A stretch of DNA of 64,000 nt from Candidatus Nomurabacteria bacterium (GTDB taxonomy: Bacteria > Patescibacteriota > Saccharimonadia > Saccharimonadales > CAIOMD01). The stretch spans positions 329,049 through 393,048 of the forward strand of contig JACKGO010000001.1 of the NCBI GenBank assembly GCA_020631975.1, read 5' to 3'. Position 1 is the first letter of the stretch; each line of letters starts with the position of its first letter. Of this stretch, positions 8,660 to 19,600 are shown piece by piece. The notes under the pieces are model-generated. The model saw nothing but the letters and a program-made list of their open reading frames with translations. It searched no databases and was not told the DNA's origin. The position numbers and the translations under genes are program-made.

Positions 8660-11173
8660 TTGACTGATGTAGCCCGACTATATCGTGAATTTACCCCAAC
8701 TCATTATGATGTTCATTTAACTCTAGATGCGACACTCCTAAGATTTAGTGGCACCGTTACCGTATTTGGTGATAGAAAAAAAAGTTCGCCCCATATACGG
8801 CTTCATGTGAAAGATTTGCAAATCATAGGTGTAACAGTTGATAGTACCGCCTGCGATTTTTCTATCAACGAAGACATTCTAGATATTCACATACCAAACA
8901 TTAAAAAAACAAGTATATCTGCGACAGTACATTTTAGCGGCACTATAACAAAAGCAATGCACGGTATTTACCCAGCATACACAAATGATGGTTCGGTTAT
9001 CCTCGGCACCCAGTTTGAAAGCCACCATGCACGTGAAGCGTTCCCTTGTATAGATGAACCAGAAGCTAAAGCTACGTTCGCATTACAAATAACGACACAT
9101 GAACCAATTGTGCTGAGTAATATGCCCCAGCAAACAAGTCATCAGAATACAGATGATTCAACAACCTTTATTTTTGAAACGACTCCAGTGATGAGTAGTT
9201 ACTTAGTTGCATTTGTGTGTGGTAATCTGCAGAAAGTTTCTACACAAACAGAAAACGGCACAGAAATTACAGTTTGGTCTAGTAAAGATCACGACATAGA
9301 ATCACTGGTCTTCCCACTAGAAGTAGCGGTAAAAACCACCGAGTTTTTTAATGAATATTTTGGGGTGGCATATCCGTTACCAAAATGTGATCATGTGGCG
9401 CTTCCGGATTTTAGTAGTGGCGCCATGGAAAATTGGGGTCTCATCACCTACCGTGAAATCGCCCTTATTGCTGACCCAGACACCATATCAACCTCAGCTA
9501 AAGAATATATAGCAACGGTGATTGCACATGAAATATCGCATCAGTGGTTTGGTAATCTCGTGACGATGCAGTGGTGGGATGATCTGTGGCTGAACGAAAG
9601 TTTTGCCACACTTATGGAGTACTTAGTGATAGACGCTATATACCCAGAGTGGAACGTTATGTTAAGCTTTGCTGCCCACGATGCTCTGAGCGCATTTAGA
9701 CGCGACGTATTGCCTGGTGTGCAACCAGTAGCCACACCTGTACACCACCCCGATGCAATTAGCACACTTTTTGACCCTTCTATCGTATATGCCAAGGGCG
9801 CACGATTGTTATATATGGCCTATCACGTTGTGGGCGATCGTAATTTTAAAAAAGGTCTACGAAACTATTTTAAACATCATGCCTACCAAAACACTGTTGG
9901 CGCAGACCTGTGGAATGCGCTCGGCGCTGCAAGTGGTATAGATGTTGCTTCCATTATGCACGGTTGGATTACCCAGTCAGGATTCCCGTACATAAAAATT
10001 ACACCGGTAGATGATACCACACTCAGTGTAGAACAACATCAGCTGACAACCACAATGCATACATCTGAAAAACTGTGGTCAATACCGCTATGGTCTTCAG
10101 ACAACTCAGCGCTCGATATTCTCGATACAAAACGCAAACTGGTGCATGTACAAAAACCACATACTCGGTTTAACATATACGGTGGACATTATGTGCCATA
10201 CTACACGTCTGATGCAACAAGATTGGCAATTTATGACGATGTCAAACATCATCGCATCTCACCAGATGCACGTTTATTGTTATTGCATGACCCACTACTA
10301 TTAGCCCGCTGTGGTGTTGGTTCACTTACAGATGCCTTGACTTCTCTGAGTTATTACGTAAACGAGACCGAACAGTCTGTGTGGAGTGTGATTAGTCTTG
10401 TTATCGGTGACACAAGACTCATGATAGAGGGTAACGAAACAGCAGAGTCGTCTCTAAAAAAACTTACATACCGTTTAATAGAGAAGCAGTATACTCGTTT
10501 AGGGCTCGTGTCTAAAGTAACCGATACCAATAATGACAAGAAACTTCGCAGCATTATTGCAGGCTTAGCTATATACTCAGAAGAACCTGATGTCATTAAA
10601 ACAGCAACGAAAATATTTAATGATTGCGATGATTTTGAAGCTCTACCAGTTGACACTCGATCAGCAATTCTAACAGCGGTTATTAAATCTGGTGACAAAG
10701 CGATGTTTGATTCATTCCTTACTGCCTACCCAGCAACTAAAAATGGTGATATACAACTTGATATTGCTGGTGCTCTATGTGCTACAAAAGATACCACTCG
10801 TATCAAAAAACTGATTAGCCGGCTTAAAGATCAGCAATTTGTTAGATTACAAGATCTTGATAGGTTTTTGGTATATCTTTTACGCAATCAGGCAAGCCGT
10901 GCCAGCGCATGGCAGTGGCTGGTTACCAACTGGCATTGGATTACAGAAGTATTCGCCCAAGATAAATCGTATGATAACTATCCACGTTACAGTGCTGCCG
11001 TCTTTTCTACACAAGAGTGGCTTAATACTTACGCTGAACACTTTACACCACTAGCGGATATCCCTTCATTGGCCCGTAATATAGATTTAGGCACCAAAGA
11101 TATTACTGCTAAAATAGAGTGGCGTCAGCGCGATCAAAAAGCAGTAGAGTCGTGGCTTTCTACAGCTCTATAA
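8660..11173 (+). CDS. pepN: Aminopeptidase N (M1 family metallopeptidase)
   Basis: GAMENWG exopeptidase motif and HEISHQWFGNLVT...WLNESFA zinc site. TTG start with SD AAAGGAG 6 nt upstream. Confidence 0.9.
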   Translation: MTDVARLYREFTPTHYDVHLTLDATLLRFSGTVTVFGDRKKSSPHIRLHVKDLQIIGVTVDSTACDFSINEDILDIHIPNIKKTSISATVHFSGTITKAMHGIYPAYTNDGSVILGTQFESHHAREAFPCIDEPEAKATFALQITTHEPIVLSNMPQQTSHQNTDDSTTFIFETTPVMSSYLVAFVCGNLQKVSTQTENGTEITVWSSKDHDIESLVFPLEVAVKTTEFFNEYFGVAYPLPKCDHVALPDFSSGAMENWGLITYREIALIADPDTISTSAKEYIATVIAHEISHQWFGNLVTMQWWDDLWLNESFATLMEYLVIDAIYPEWNVMLSFAAHDALSAFRRDVLPGVQPVATPVHHPDAISTLFDPSIVYAKGARLLYMAYHVVGDRNFKKGLRNYFKHHAYQNTVGADLWNALGAASGIDVASIMHGWITQSGFPYIKITPVDDTTLSVEQHQLTTTMHTSEKLWSIPLWSSDNSALDILDTKRKLVHVQKPHTRFNIYGGHYVPYYTSDATRLAIYDDVKHHRISPDARLLLLHDPLLLARCGVGSLTDALTSLSYYVNETEQSVWSVISLVIGDTRLMIEGNETAESSLKKLTYRLIEKQYTRLGLVSKVTDTNNDKKLRSIIAGLAIYSEEPDVIKTATKIFNDCDDFEALPVDTRSAILTAVIKSGDKAMFDSFLTAYPATKNGDIQLDIAGALCATKDTTRIKKLISRLKDQQFVRLQDLDRFLVYLLRNQASRASAWQWLVTNWHWITEVFAQDKSYDNYPRYSAAVFSTQEWLNTYAEHFTPLADIPSLARNIDLGTKDITAKIEWRQRDQKAVESWLSTAL

Positions 11174-11498
11174 AAGCACTGACTACGGGTGGCTGACCAG
11201 CCACCGCCATAGCGCATAACGATGCATCGTGACTCCACTTAGCCTGTGTTAACCAAAGCTCTGCTGCAAATTGCATTTGCTGCAATTTCCTAGGTGTGAT
11301 TGAGTCTATGCCATCGCCCCAAGCATCATTCCGACGATATCGTACTTCTACAAAAAATATAACGTTTGCTTTTTTAGTGATAATATCAATTTCACACCAA
11401 CGAGTTTGCCAGTTTTGATCAATTATTTGATACCCATTCTGCAGCAACCATTGTACGGCAGCCTGTTCAGCTTGGCGTCCTACTTGTGTCGTGTTCAT
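11160..11498 (-). CDS. YraN family endonuclease (UPF0102)
   Basis: 112 aa with the patterns GRQAEQAA..YL...GY and CEIDII...FVEVRYR. Its 3' end overlaps the pepN 3' end by 14 nt (convergent). Confidence 0.75.
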   Translation of the reverse strand: MNTTQVGRQAEQAAVQWLLQNGYQIIDQNWQTRWCEIDIITKKANVIFFVEVRYRRNDAWGDGIDSITPRKLQQMQFAAELWLTQAKWSHDASLCAMAVAGQPPVVSAFIEL

Positions 11499-11514
11499 CT
11501 TACTTAAAACTATA

Positions 11515-12060
11515 TCAGACGATTCTACTAGGTAGCGAAAATGAAGTTCTGTGCAAGGGTGTTATACCGTACTGTTCTATCGCTTTTCGATGCCTTAAGG
11601 TACCGTAACCTACATTGTGCCAAAAATCATACGCATCATAGATACTATCTTGAGAGCACATCCAGTTGTCTCTTATGACTTTTGCGTAAATACTCGCCGC
11701 ACTCACGGCTGGTACAGTGTTATCTGCCTTAATGCGCACCGTACTCGCTTCATAGGCTGGTAATAGCTGAATAGAACCGTCTATGACTACTTCTTCTGAT
11801 GTCGGGCTGAGCTCTGCTAAAGCGCACCCTGCAGCATAATATAACGCTGCGCTTAGCCCTATGTCATCAATTTCATCGGCTGATACCCAGCCTACACCAA
11901 TGTCACAGTTTTTTTCTATATGTACAAATAACTCTTCGCGGCGTTTTTTGCTAAGCAGCTTGGAGTCTTTAAGACCATTAATAGGCTTATTCAAACGGGC
12001 AGCACACACAACAAGAGGGCCAGCCCATGACCCTCTTCCCACTTCATCTATGCCTATCAT
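11515..12060 (-). CDS. rnhB: Ribonuclease HII
   Basis: GIDEVGRGSWAGPLVV N-terminal motif; 181 aa. Confidence 0.88.
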   Translation of the reverse strand: MIGIDEVGRGSWAGPLVVCAARLNKPINGLKDSKLLSKKRREELFVHIEKNCDIGVGWVSADEIDDIGLSAALYYAAGCALAELSPTSEEVVIDGSIQLLPAYEASTVRIKADNTVPAVSAASIYAKVIRDNWMCSQDSIYDAYDFWHNVGYGTLRHRKAIEQYGITPLHRTSFSLPSRIV

Positions 12061-12073
12061 TTATAAGTACGTA

Positions 12074-12592
12074 CTAGTCGTTAGCGCGATCTTTGGCTAC
12101 TTCTTCAAACTTCTTTGTCTCTGCTGTTGCTTCGGCGGCTTCGGCTTGTGCAGCTGCTTCGTGATCGGCTTCTGCTTCGGCATGTATTTTTGCCTCGGCA
12201 GCTTCTGCCTGTGCATCATGTATGGTATTGACCGCTCGTTTATCAAAATCTACACTTGTCAGTCTTGCAGATTTACCAGTACGAACACGCATGTAGCTTA
12301 AATAGTTACGACGTACTTTACTTCGTTTGGTGACCTCTACTTTTAAAACGTTTGGGCTGTGTATGATGAATGATTTTTCTACACCAATACCGCTCGCAAG
12401 CCTTCTTACAGTAATACTACTGGTGAGACTATTCTTACGATCAGTTCTTATGACAAGACCTTCAAATACCTGAACACGCTCTTTTGCGCCTTCTTTAATT
12501 TTTTGATGTACCTTAACACTGTCGCCGGTTCTTACGTCAACAACTTGGGGTTTTTTATACTTTGACTCAATAGCTTGTATGACACTTTGCAT
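12074..12592 (-). CDS. rplS: 50S ribosomal protein L19 with a ~55-aa Ala/Glu-rich C-terminal extension
   Basis: The L19 core (VRTGDSVKVHQKIKEG..ERVQVFEGLVI) is followed by the tail AQAEAAEAKIHAEAEADHEAAAQAEAAEATAE. Confidence 0.9.
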   Translation of the reverse strand: MQSVIQAIESKYKKPQVVDVRTGDSVKVHQKIKEGAKERVQVFEGLVIRTDRKNSLTSSITVRRLASGIGVEKSFIIHSPNVLKVEVTKRSKVRRNYLSYMRVRTGKSARLTSVDFDKRAVNTIHDAQAEAAEAKIHAEAEADHEAAAQAEAAEATAETKKFEEVAKDRAND

Positions 12593-12699
12593 GATTTATC
12601 CCAAAATTATTATTACAATCAGTGGTTTACTATAGCACATAAACCCACAATATAAAAGGCTAAAAAATACAAGATTAGATGTGTACAATAGATACAAGC

Positions 12700-13833
12700 A
12701 TGAACATATACGAAGAAGCACTCCGTGCGCATAAAAAAGCTCGTGGCAAACTCGCCATTGTATCTAAAGTACCATTAAAGTCACGGCACGATTTAAGCAT
12801 TTATTACAGCCCAGGTGTCGCTGCTGTTTCTGAAAGGTTAGCGAAGCATCCTTCAGAAACCCCACTGTATACCAATACTCATAACTCGGTCGCGGTCGTG
12901 TCAGATGGCACAAGTGTACTAGGACTTGGCAACATAGGACCCGAGGGTGCCCTGCCCGTTATGGAAGGAAAAGCTATCTTGTTTAAGCATTATGCAGGTA
13001 TCGATGCCATACCTATCGTGCTAAACACGCAAGACCCAGACGCAATTATAGAAACAGTCGTTGCCATAGCGCCAAGCTTTGGTGGTATAAATTTAGAAGA
13101 TATTGCTGCTCCACAGTGTTTTTATATAGAAGATGAACTTAAAAAGCGTCTTTCGATACCCATTATGCACGATGATCAACACGGTACTGCTGTAGTTGTG
13201 TTAGCTGGGCTCATTAATGCGACACGCTATGTTAAGAAAGACCTTAGTGCTTGTAAGGTTGTTCTTGTTGGTGCTGGAGCGGCTGGAATCGCTATTGCTA
13301 AACTGCTCACACAATACGCTCAACCAACAATTGTAGCGGTAGATAGCAAAGGAGTTATAACTACTTCTAGGTCAGACTTAACTCCAGAAAAACAGATGCT
13401 AGCACAATTATCTAAAAATGATGGATCTACTAGTTTAGAACAAGCTATTAAAGGCAGTGATATATTTATTGGCGTTTCACGCAGTGGTTTGTTAACTGAA
13501 GCTATGGTGCGTACTATGGCAGAGAATCCTATTATATTTGCACTTGCCAACCCAGAGCCAGAAATTTTACCTACTGTGGCAAAAGCCGCTGGAGCGGCTG
13601 TCGTGGCAACTGGGCGAAGCGACTACCCAAATCAAGTCAATAATGTCTTGGCATTTCCTGGCTTGTTCAGGGGAGCGTTAGACACACATAGTGCTATTAC
13701 AGATGCACATAAAATGGCGGCGGCCGAAGCATTAGCTGCACTGGTGACTCACCCTACTGCAGATGCCATTATTCCTAGCCCATTTGATCGCCATGTCGCC
13801 GATAATGTAGCGGCAGTATTTAAAAAGCGCTAG
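12700..13833 (+). CDS. NAD(P)-dependent malic enzyme (short, ~377 aa type)
   Basis: Malic-enzyme N-terminal and NAD-binding domains (VVSDGTSVLGLGNIGP, GAGAAGIA). I prefer the ATG at 12700 to the ORF-track start at 12679. Confidence 0.85.
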   Translation: MNIYEEALRAHKKARGKLAIVSKVPLKSRHDLSIYYSPGVAAVSERLAKHPSETPLYTNTHNSVAVVSDGTSVLGLGNIGPEGALPVMEGKAILFKHYAGIDAIPIVLNTQDPDAIIETVVAIAPSFGGINLEDIAAPQCFYIEDELKKRLSIPIMHDDQHGTAVVVLAGLINATRYVKKDLSACKVVLVGAGAAGIAIAKLLTQYAQPTIVAVDSKGVITTSRSDLTPEKQMLAQLSKNDGSTSLEQAIKGSDIFIGVSRSGLLTEAMVRTMAENPIIFALANPEPEILPTVAKAAGAAVVATGRSDYPNQVNNVLAFPGLFRGALDTHSAITDAHKMAAAEALAALVTHPTADAIIPSPFDRHVADNVAAVFKKR

Positions 13834-15434
13834 ACAAGTACGCGACTGATTTCTTCTATTGTAGTTTCGCCTGCAAGCGCTCGCAACACGCCCTCTTGTA
13901 GCATGGTGGTCATACCATCTTGGATAGCTACTTGCTGAATACTACGCTCTGTAATTTCTCTAATAGGCTTTTTTAGTTCAGCTTCGACTGTTGGGGTCAT
14001 GAGCAACAACTCTCTCACTGCAAATTGGCCGCTATACCCAAAAGGAGATGTAGCGCTTGGTACTGCTTTATATAGTTGCACATTGTCTAGATTTGGTTTT
14101 TCTATTCTAGTTGGTAATGTGTCAATAATTTTTTTCAACCATGCAATCGTAGACGCATCAGGTGTATATGGCTGTTTTGTTGTGTCGTCTAAGCGACGTA
14201 TGAGTCGTTGGGCCATAATTACTCGTATGGCAGAGGCAAATAGTGGGTTTTCTGAAATAGCGTCTAGCATGCGAGTAAGCGAGGCTGCAGCCGAACCAGC
14301 ATGGTAGGTAGAAAGCACTAAATGACCCGTTAAGGCCGATTGTAAAGCGGTTTTTGCTGTGTCATTATCACGAATTTCTCCAACCATAACAACATCTGGG
14401 TCGAGCCGTAGCACCGCCCGGAACTTTTCAGCAAAACCTGTTTTAACCTGCCGAGAATCAACCGGTATCTGGGTTACCCCTTTGATATTGTATTCAACTG
14501 GGTCTTCGAGTGTTATTAATTTCCGTTCAGTACTATTGAGTTCATTTAGAATGCTATACAACGTAGTAGTTTTACCTGAACCGGTTGGACCAACAATCAG
14601 TACAAGGCCATTAGGATGGCTAATTACTTCTTTGACTATATGTAGCTCGTCTGGTTGAAGGTTCAATTTATGCAATTGCATAAGGTCTGTATTTAACGTG
14701 AACAACCGCAGAACTGCGTCCATACCATGTACAGTCGGTACCGTTTCTACACGCAGGTTTACTTCTACATTAGAACCATCGGCAAGCATATAATTCTTAT
14801 TTATGTGTCCAGTTTGAGCATCTGCCGAACTGGTAGATATGTTTGCTGCTACAGCGAGACTTGATACTAATTGCCGATATTTTTCTATACTGAGCAAGGC
14901 AATTGGGTGCAACACGCCATCAACCCTAAACCGGATACGAACTTCATTTCGATCTGTCTCTAGATGTATATCAGACGCGTGAAGCTGATATGCTTGCTTT
15001 ACAACGTATGCGAGCATATCATCTGCCCGCACCGAGCCGAGTGTATGGGAAATTGTAGCTACTTGCTCAGTATTTGTAGTATTACCAATATTAATATCAT
15101 CGTAAATAACTTGTTTGGGTGGGTCGTATTTTCGTAATAAATCACGATACCCACTGTCAGAAATTAAGTAAAACTCTATTCTTTGGTCTAGATGATCTTG
15201 GCGCAGTTTTTGCAAAATAGCTTGAGGTGTCGTATTGGTAATACCAAAACGCATCGTATTCGCGTCTACATACAAGGGTACGAATTTATGTTTTTTTATG
15301 TCTTCTATACTGACTGCTTCTTTATAAATTGCAATATCTACATTTGAAGTATCAAAATATGGGACCCCAACGATATGTGCTTGGCGCTGTGCAGTCTGTT
15401 CGTCTAGACGTCTTGCTTGGTTTTCGTCTTGCAT
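13830..15434 (-). CDS. Type II/IV secretion-system ATPase (GspE/PilB family)
   Basis: Walker A GPTGSGKTTT plus Asp and His boxes. ATG at 15434 preferred (ORF-track TTG 15452). No other pilus genes are in the window. Confidence 0.85.
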   Translation of the reverse strand: MQDENQARRLDEQTAQRQAHIVGVPYFDTSNVDIAIYKEAVSIEDIKKHKFVPLYVDANTMRFGITNTTPQAILQKLRQDHLDQRIEFYLISDSGYRDLLRKYDPPKQVIYDDINIGNTTNTEQVATISHTLGSVRADDMLAYVVKQAYQLHASDIHLETDRNEVRIRFRVDGVLHPIALLSIEKYRQLVSSLAVAANISTSSADAQTGHINKNYMLADGSNVEVNLRVETVPTVHGMDAVLRLFTLNTDLMQLHKLNLQPDELHIVKEVISHPNGLVLIVGPTGSGKTTTLYSILNELNSTERKLITLEDPVEYNIKGVTQIPVDSRQVKTGFAEKFRAVLRLDPDVVMVGEIRDNDTAKTALQSALTGHLVLSTYHAGSAAASLTRMLDAISENPLFASAIRVIMAQRLIRRLDDTTKQPYTPDASTIAWLKKIIDTLPTRIEKPNLDNVQLYKAVPSATSPFGYSGQFAVRELLLMTPTVEAELKKPIREITERSIQQVAIQDGMTTMLQEGVLRALAGETTIEEISRVLV

Positions 15435-15496
15435 ACCCTTACATAGTAGCAAGCATAAGGAGTATAGGCTATATATAATTTGTTACTATAGAATAC

Positions 15497-15994
15497 ATGA
15501 TCCCTATTGCCCTTATATTGGATAATATTCGGAGTACCTACAATGTTGGGAGCATACTCCGTACAGCCGATTGCTTTGGCGTACAAGAAATCTTCTTTAG
15601 CGGCTATACTCCGTATCCTATCAGTAAGGCAGACCGGCGCATGCCTCATATAGCTAAAAAACTTCATGAGCAAATTGCAAAAACAGCACTCGGGGCTGAA
15701 TCTACACTGCCTTTTAGCGTATTTGATACGATAGCAACAGCCATCGACGCAGCCCAATCAGCCGGGTATAAGATTATTGGTATAGAACAAGATACAAACA
15801 GTATACCGTTAGATTCGTACAGCTTCACCCAGCCAAGTGCTCTTATCCTTGGGAATGAGCTTGATGGTGTTAATACATGGACGAAATCTCGCTGTGATGT
15901 CATACTAGAGATTGAGCAGTACGGTACAAAAGAATCACTTAACGTCGCAAACGCAGCCGCAATCGCACTGTATACGACACGAACAAAAACATAA
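15497..15994 (+). CDS. TrmH/SpoU-family RNA 2'-O-methyltransferase
   Basis: SpoU motifs NVGSILRTA, LILGNELDG and ESLNVANAAAIALY. Confidence 0.8.
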   Translation: MIPIALILDNIRSTYNVGSILRTADCFGVQEIFFSGYTPYPISKADRRMPHIAKKLHEQIAKTALGAESTLPFSVFDTIATAIDAAQSAGYKIIGIEQDTNSIPLDSYSFTQPSALILGNELDGVNTWTKSRCDVILEIEQYGTKESLNVANAAAIALYTTRTKT

Positions 15995-16001
15995 AATCAC
16001 C

Positions 16002-16688
16002 ATGCAATACCATTACAGCAATCATCATACGCTAGGCCACAGTTTATATACACTTGGGGCTTTTTTACTGCTTTTTGCTGTCACCTTATTTACTCCATTA
16101 AATCTACAAGCGAGCTACGCGATTGGTGCCGATACGATTATTACCCTCAGCAATCAAGCTCGTCAGCAAAATGGAGTACGTGAACTTTCAACCAATAGCC
16201 AGTTAATGAGCGCAGCGCAAGCCAAAGCAGAACACATGGTGCAGAATCAGTATTTTGCCCATTTTGCACCAGACGGGAAAACACCTTGGGATTTCTTTAA
16301 AGAAGCCGGCTATAGTTATAAAGTTGCCGGTGAAAACTTAGCGATTACAAACGAAGATGATGCAGCTGTCGTGAAGGGCTGGTTAAATAGCCCTACACAT
16401 AGGGAAAATTTATTGAGTACACAATATAATGAACTTGGTATTGGTATCGCTCGTTACGGGGATTACCAAGGTAGCAAAAATACGACCGTGGTAGTGGCTC
16501 TCTATGGTGCAGCCTTGCCCCAGCTAAGTGTTGGGGAACCGCAGCCTACCAACCCGGCTGGCACAATCGCAGTCTTACAACCTGCAATGTTTGGCACCAA
16601 GGCCTATGCTGTCATTGGTGTAGCAATATCACTCATTATTGCCGGTGCGCTCCTAGAGATACGGCACATTCGCAGACGTAACATATAA
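16002..16688 (+). CDS. CAP/SCP (YkwD-like) domain protein with N-terminal signal/TM and C-terminal TM anchor
   Basis: CAP-domain pattern (AQAKAEHM...YFAHF..DG, GENLA, GWLNSPTHRENLL). ATG at 16002 chosen; the ORF-track start 15912 lies inside trmH. Confidence 0.75.
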   Translation: MQYHYSNHHTLGHSLYTLGAFLLLFAVTLFTPLNLQASYAIGADTIITLSNQARQQNGVRELSTNSQLMSAAQAKAEHMVQNQYFAHFAPDGKTPWDFFKEAGYSYKVAGENLAITNEDDAAVVKGWLNSPTHRENLLSTQYNELGIGIARYGDYQGSKNTTVVVALYGAALPQLSVGEPQPTNPAGTIAVLQPAMFGTKAYAVIGVAISLIIAGALLEIRHIRRRNI

Positions 16689-16692
16689 CCTG

Positions 16693-19600
16693 TTAATGTA
16701 ATTTTACAGCGTCGTCGCCAACTACGTTGGCCAAGGCTTCATGGAACCCTTCACTGTACTTAATTTTCTGAGAAAGACGTATAGGACGTTTTTTATCACC
16801 CACCACCAGAACGGTTTCTGTATTACCCAGGTGTTGTTCTAGAATCACTTTGATATCTCGCAGCACATCGTCTGTATGATGAGTTTGCAAACGAATGTAA
16901 AGACGTTTTGTCTTGGGGAGGGGTGTATCTATTGGTGGACGTGACTGGGTTTTTTTAGGTTTACCAAGCGACGTTTTTACACCAGTCGGCTGATATGCTT
17001 TAGCCTCGTCCAAACTAAGTAACATAAATGTATCTGCAATTAATTTTGGCTCAGCCATAGCATTGCCTGCTTTGTCTTTACTGTTCACTCGCCCTTTAAC
17101 AAGTACAACTTTATCTTTCACTATACTTGCACTATTTGCTTCTAGTACTCGCGGAAACACAACAACTTCTATTTGATCGCCAACAATATCTTCTACTTGT
17201 ACAAAAGCCATCGCTTGTCCATTTTTGGTAGTTATTTGACGAAGATCACTAATACTGCCTCCAATAGTTGCCGTCTTACCATCATCATCTATCCGTATCG
17301 TGGCGAGTGGCACCGCTTTTTCGGTCAATATTACGTCGTATGATTCAAGCGGGTGACTAGATAAATATAGCCCAAGAAGTTCACGTTCCCATTGCAAATA
17401 TTCATGGGTCTGATACAGCCCAGTTGATACAATTTCTACCTCTGGCTTTACTTTTGCTATCTCACCAGCGCCAAACAGATCAACCTGCCCATCAAGCGCT
17501 TCTTTACTCAATTTTGATGATACCGCTACAATTGAGTCTATACTTTCTAGCAGCGCACTTCGATCACCAAACCGATCTAGTGCACCACTTTTTATGAGAC
17601 TTTCTAGCACTTTTTTATTAATTTGACGGGCATTAGTGTGTTCGAGAAAATCCGCTAATTCATTAAACTGACCGTGAGTTTCTCTTGCAACAATTATATT
17701 TTCTACTGCATTGTGCCCGACGTTTTTTATGGCATCCATGCCAAAGCGTATAGAAGGTGCTTCATCTTGCTTGTGAGGTACTACCGAAAACTCATGAAAC
17801 GATTCGTTAACATCTGGAGGCAAGACGGTAATACCCATATGTTTACATTCGGTAATTTCAATTGCCAATCGATCTATATCATCGTAATCGCTGGTCATGA
17901 GTGCCGCCATGAAAGCTGCTGGGTAGTGTGCTTTTAAATAAGCCGTCCAGTATGCAATTAGTGCGTAGCATGCGGAGTGAGATTTATTGAAAGCATAATC
18001 AGCAAATCCCATTAAATCATCCCAGAACTTTTCCATTACATCTTTGGGTACGCCGCTATGTTCAACACCACCATCTATAAACTTTTGCTGCATCTTGAGC
18101 ATAACTTCGCGTATTTTTTTGCCAATCGCTTTTCGTAACGTATCAGCTTCACCGCCACTAAAGCCACAGACTTCTTTACTAATCTGCATGACCTGCTCTT
18201 GATAAACAAGTGTGCCGTAGGTAGATGACAAAGCGTTTTCGAACTTTTTATGTGGCACGCTGACTGCTTCTTTACCGTTTTTTCGCCGGACAAACATATC
18301 TACGAGGCCTGCTTTTAAAGGTCCTGGGCGATACAAGGCGCACATGGCAATAATATCGTTAAATTCTGTGGGCTTCAGCTCTTTTAAGTATCGTTTCATA
18401 CCAGCCGATTCTAGCTGGAACACGCCGGTGGTGTCTCCTTTGCCTAGTAACTCATATGTTTTTTTGTCGTCTAACGGTAAGGTATTTATATCTATTGTTA
18501 CTCCGTAGACTTTTCTAATGATTCTTAGAGCATTTTTAATAGTCGTTAAATTAGAAAGCCCCAAAAAATCCATTTTTAGTAGGCCAAGCTCTTCAATAAT
18601 ACCCATTGGATATTGTGTAGATACAACCCCTTTCTGAGCCATTTCTAGTGGTACATAGGACACAATATCGTTTGGTGCAATCACTACACCGGCAGCGTGC
18701 ACGCCGTGGCTTCTAATGGTGCCTTCTAGGCGCACCGCCATGTCGTACACTTCTTTTGCCTGTGGGTTAGAAGTGTATTCTTTTTTTAAGTCGTTGTTTT
18801 CTTTGATTGAAGTAGCCAGTGGCAAGTGACGGCCTTGTTGTGGTGGAGGCACTAGTTTTGCCATACGGTCGGCGTCGGCATAGGGTACTTGTAAAACACG
18901 TGCTACGTCGCGGACAGCTGCCCTCGCTGCCATGCGTCCATATGTCACGATATTTGCTACTCTGTCATCACCATATTTAGCAACGCAATATTCAATTACT
19001 TCTCCGCGGCGATTATCTTGAATGTCAATATCTATATCTGGCATACTAATGCGATCAGGGTTTAAGAATCGCTCAAATAGCAAATCGTTTTTAATAGGAT
19101 CCAGATCTGTGATATGCAAGGCGTATGCAATAATTGAGCCAGCTGCCGAACCTCTGCCAGGTCCAAACATAATGCCTTGTTTTTTGCCCCAGGCGACAAA
19201 ATCCCAAATTATTAAGAAATAGCCATTAAATCCCATGGAATCAATAACATCTAGCTCATATTCGGCTCGCGAAATTACCTCTTTCGGCAGTTGATTTTTA
19301 GCTTCTTTATGGGAAGGCTTTTTGGGTGCGTATCTCTCGGCGAGACCTTTATAAACAAGCTCATGTAAATATGATTTTTCAGTGTACTTTTTTGGCACTG
19401 GGAACTGAGGAATAAGAATATTACCTAGTTCAATTTCTATATCGCAGCGTTCAGCGACTGCTTTTGTATTGGTAATAACCTCTGGATAGTCTTTCCCCCA
19501 CCTCTGAATTATTTCTGATGGTTTTTCTACGTGTAAAGGAAAATCTTTAAGTGACATCCTTTTCTCTTCGCTCACGTATGAACCTGTACCAACGCAGAGC

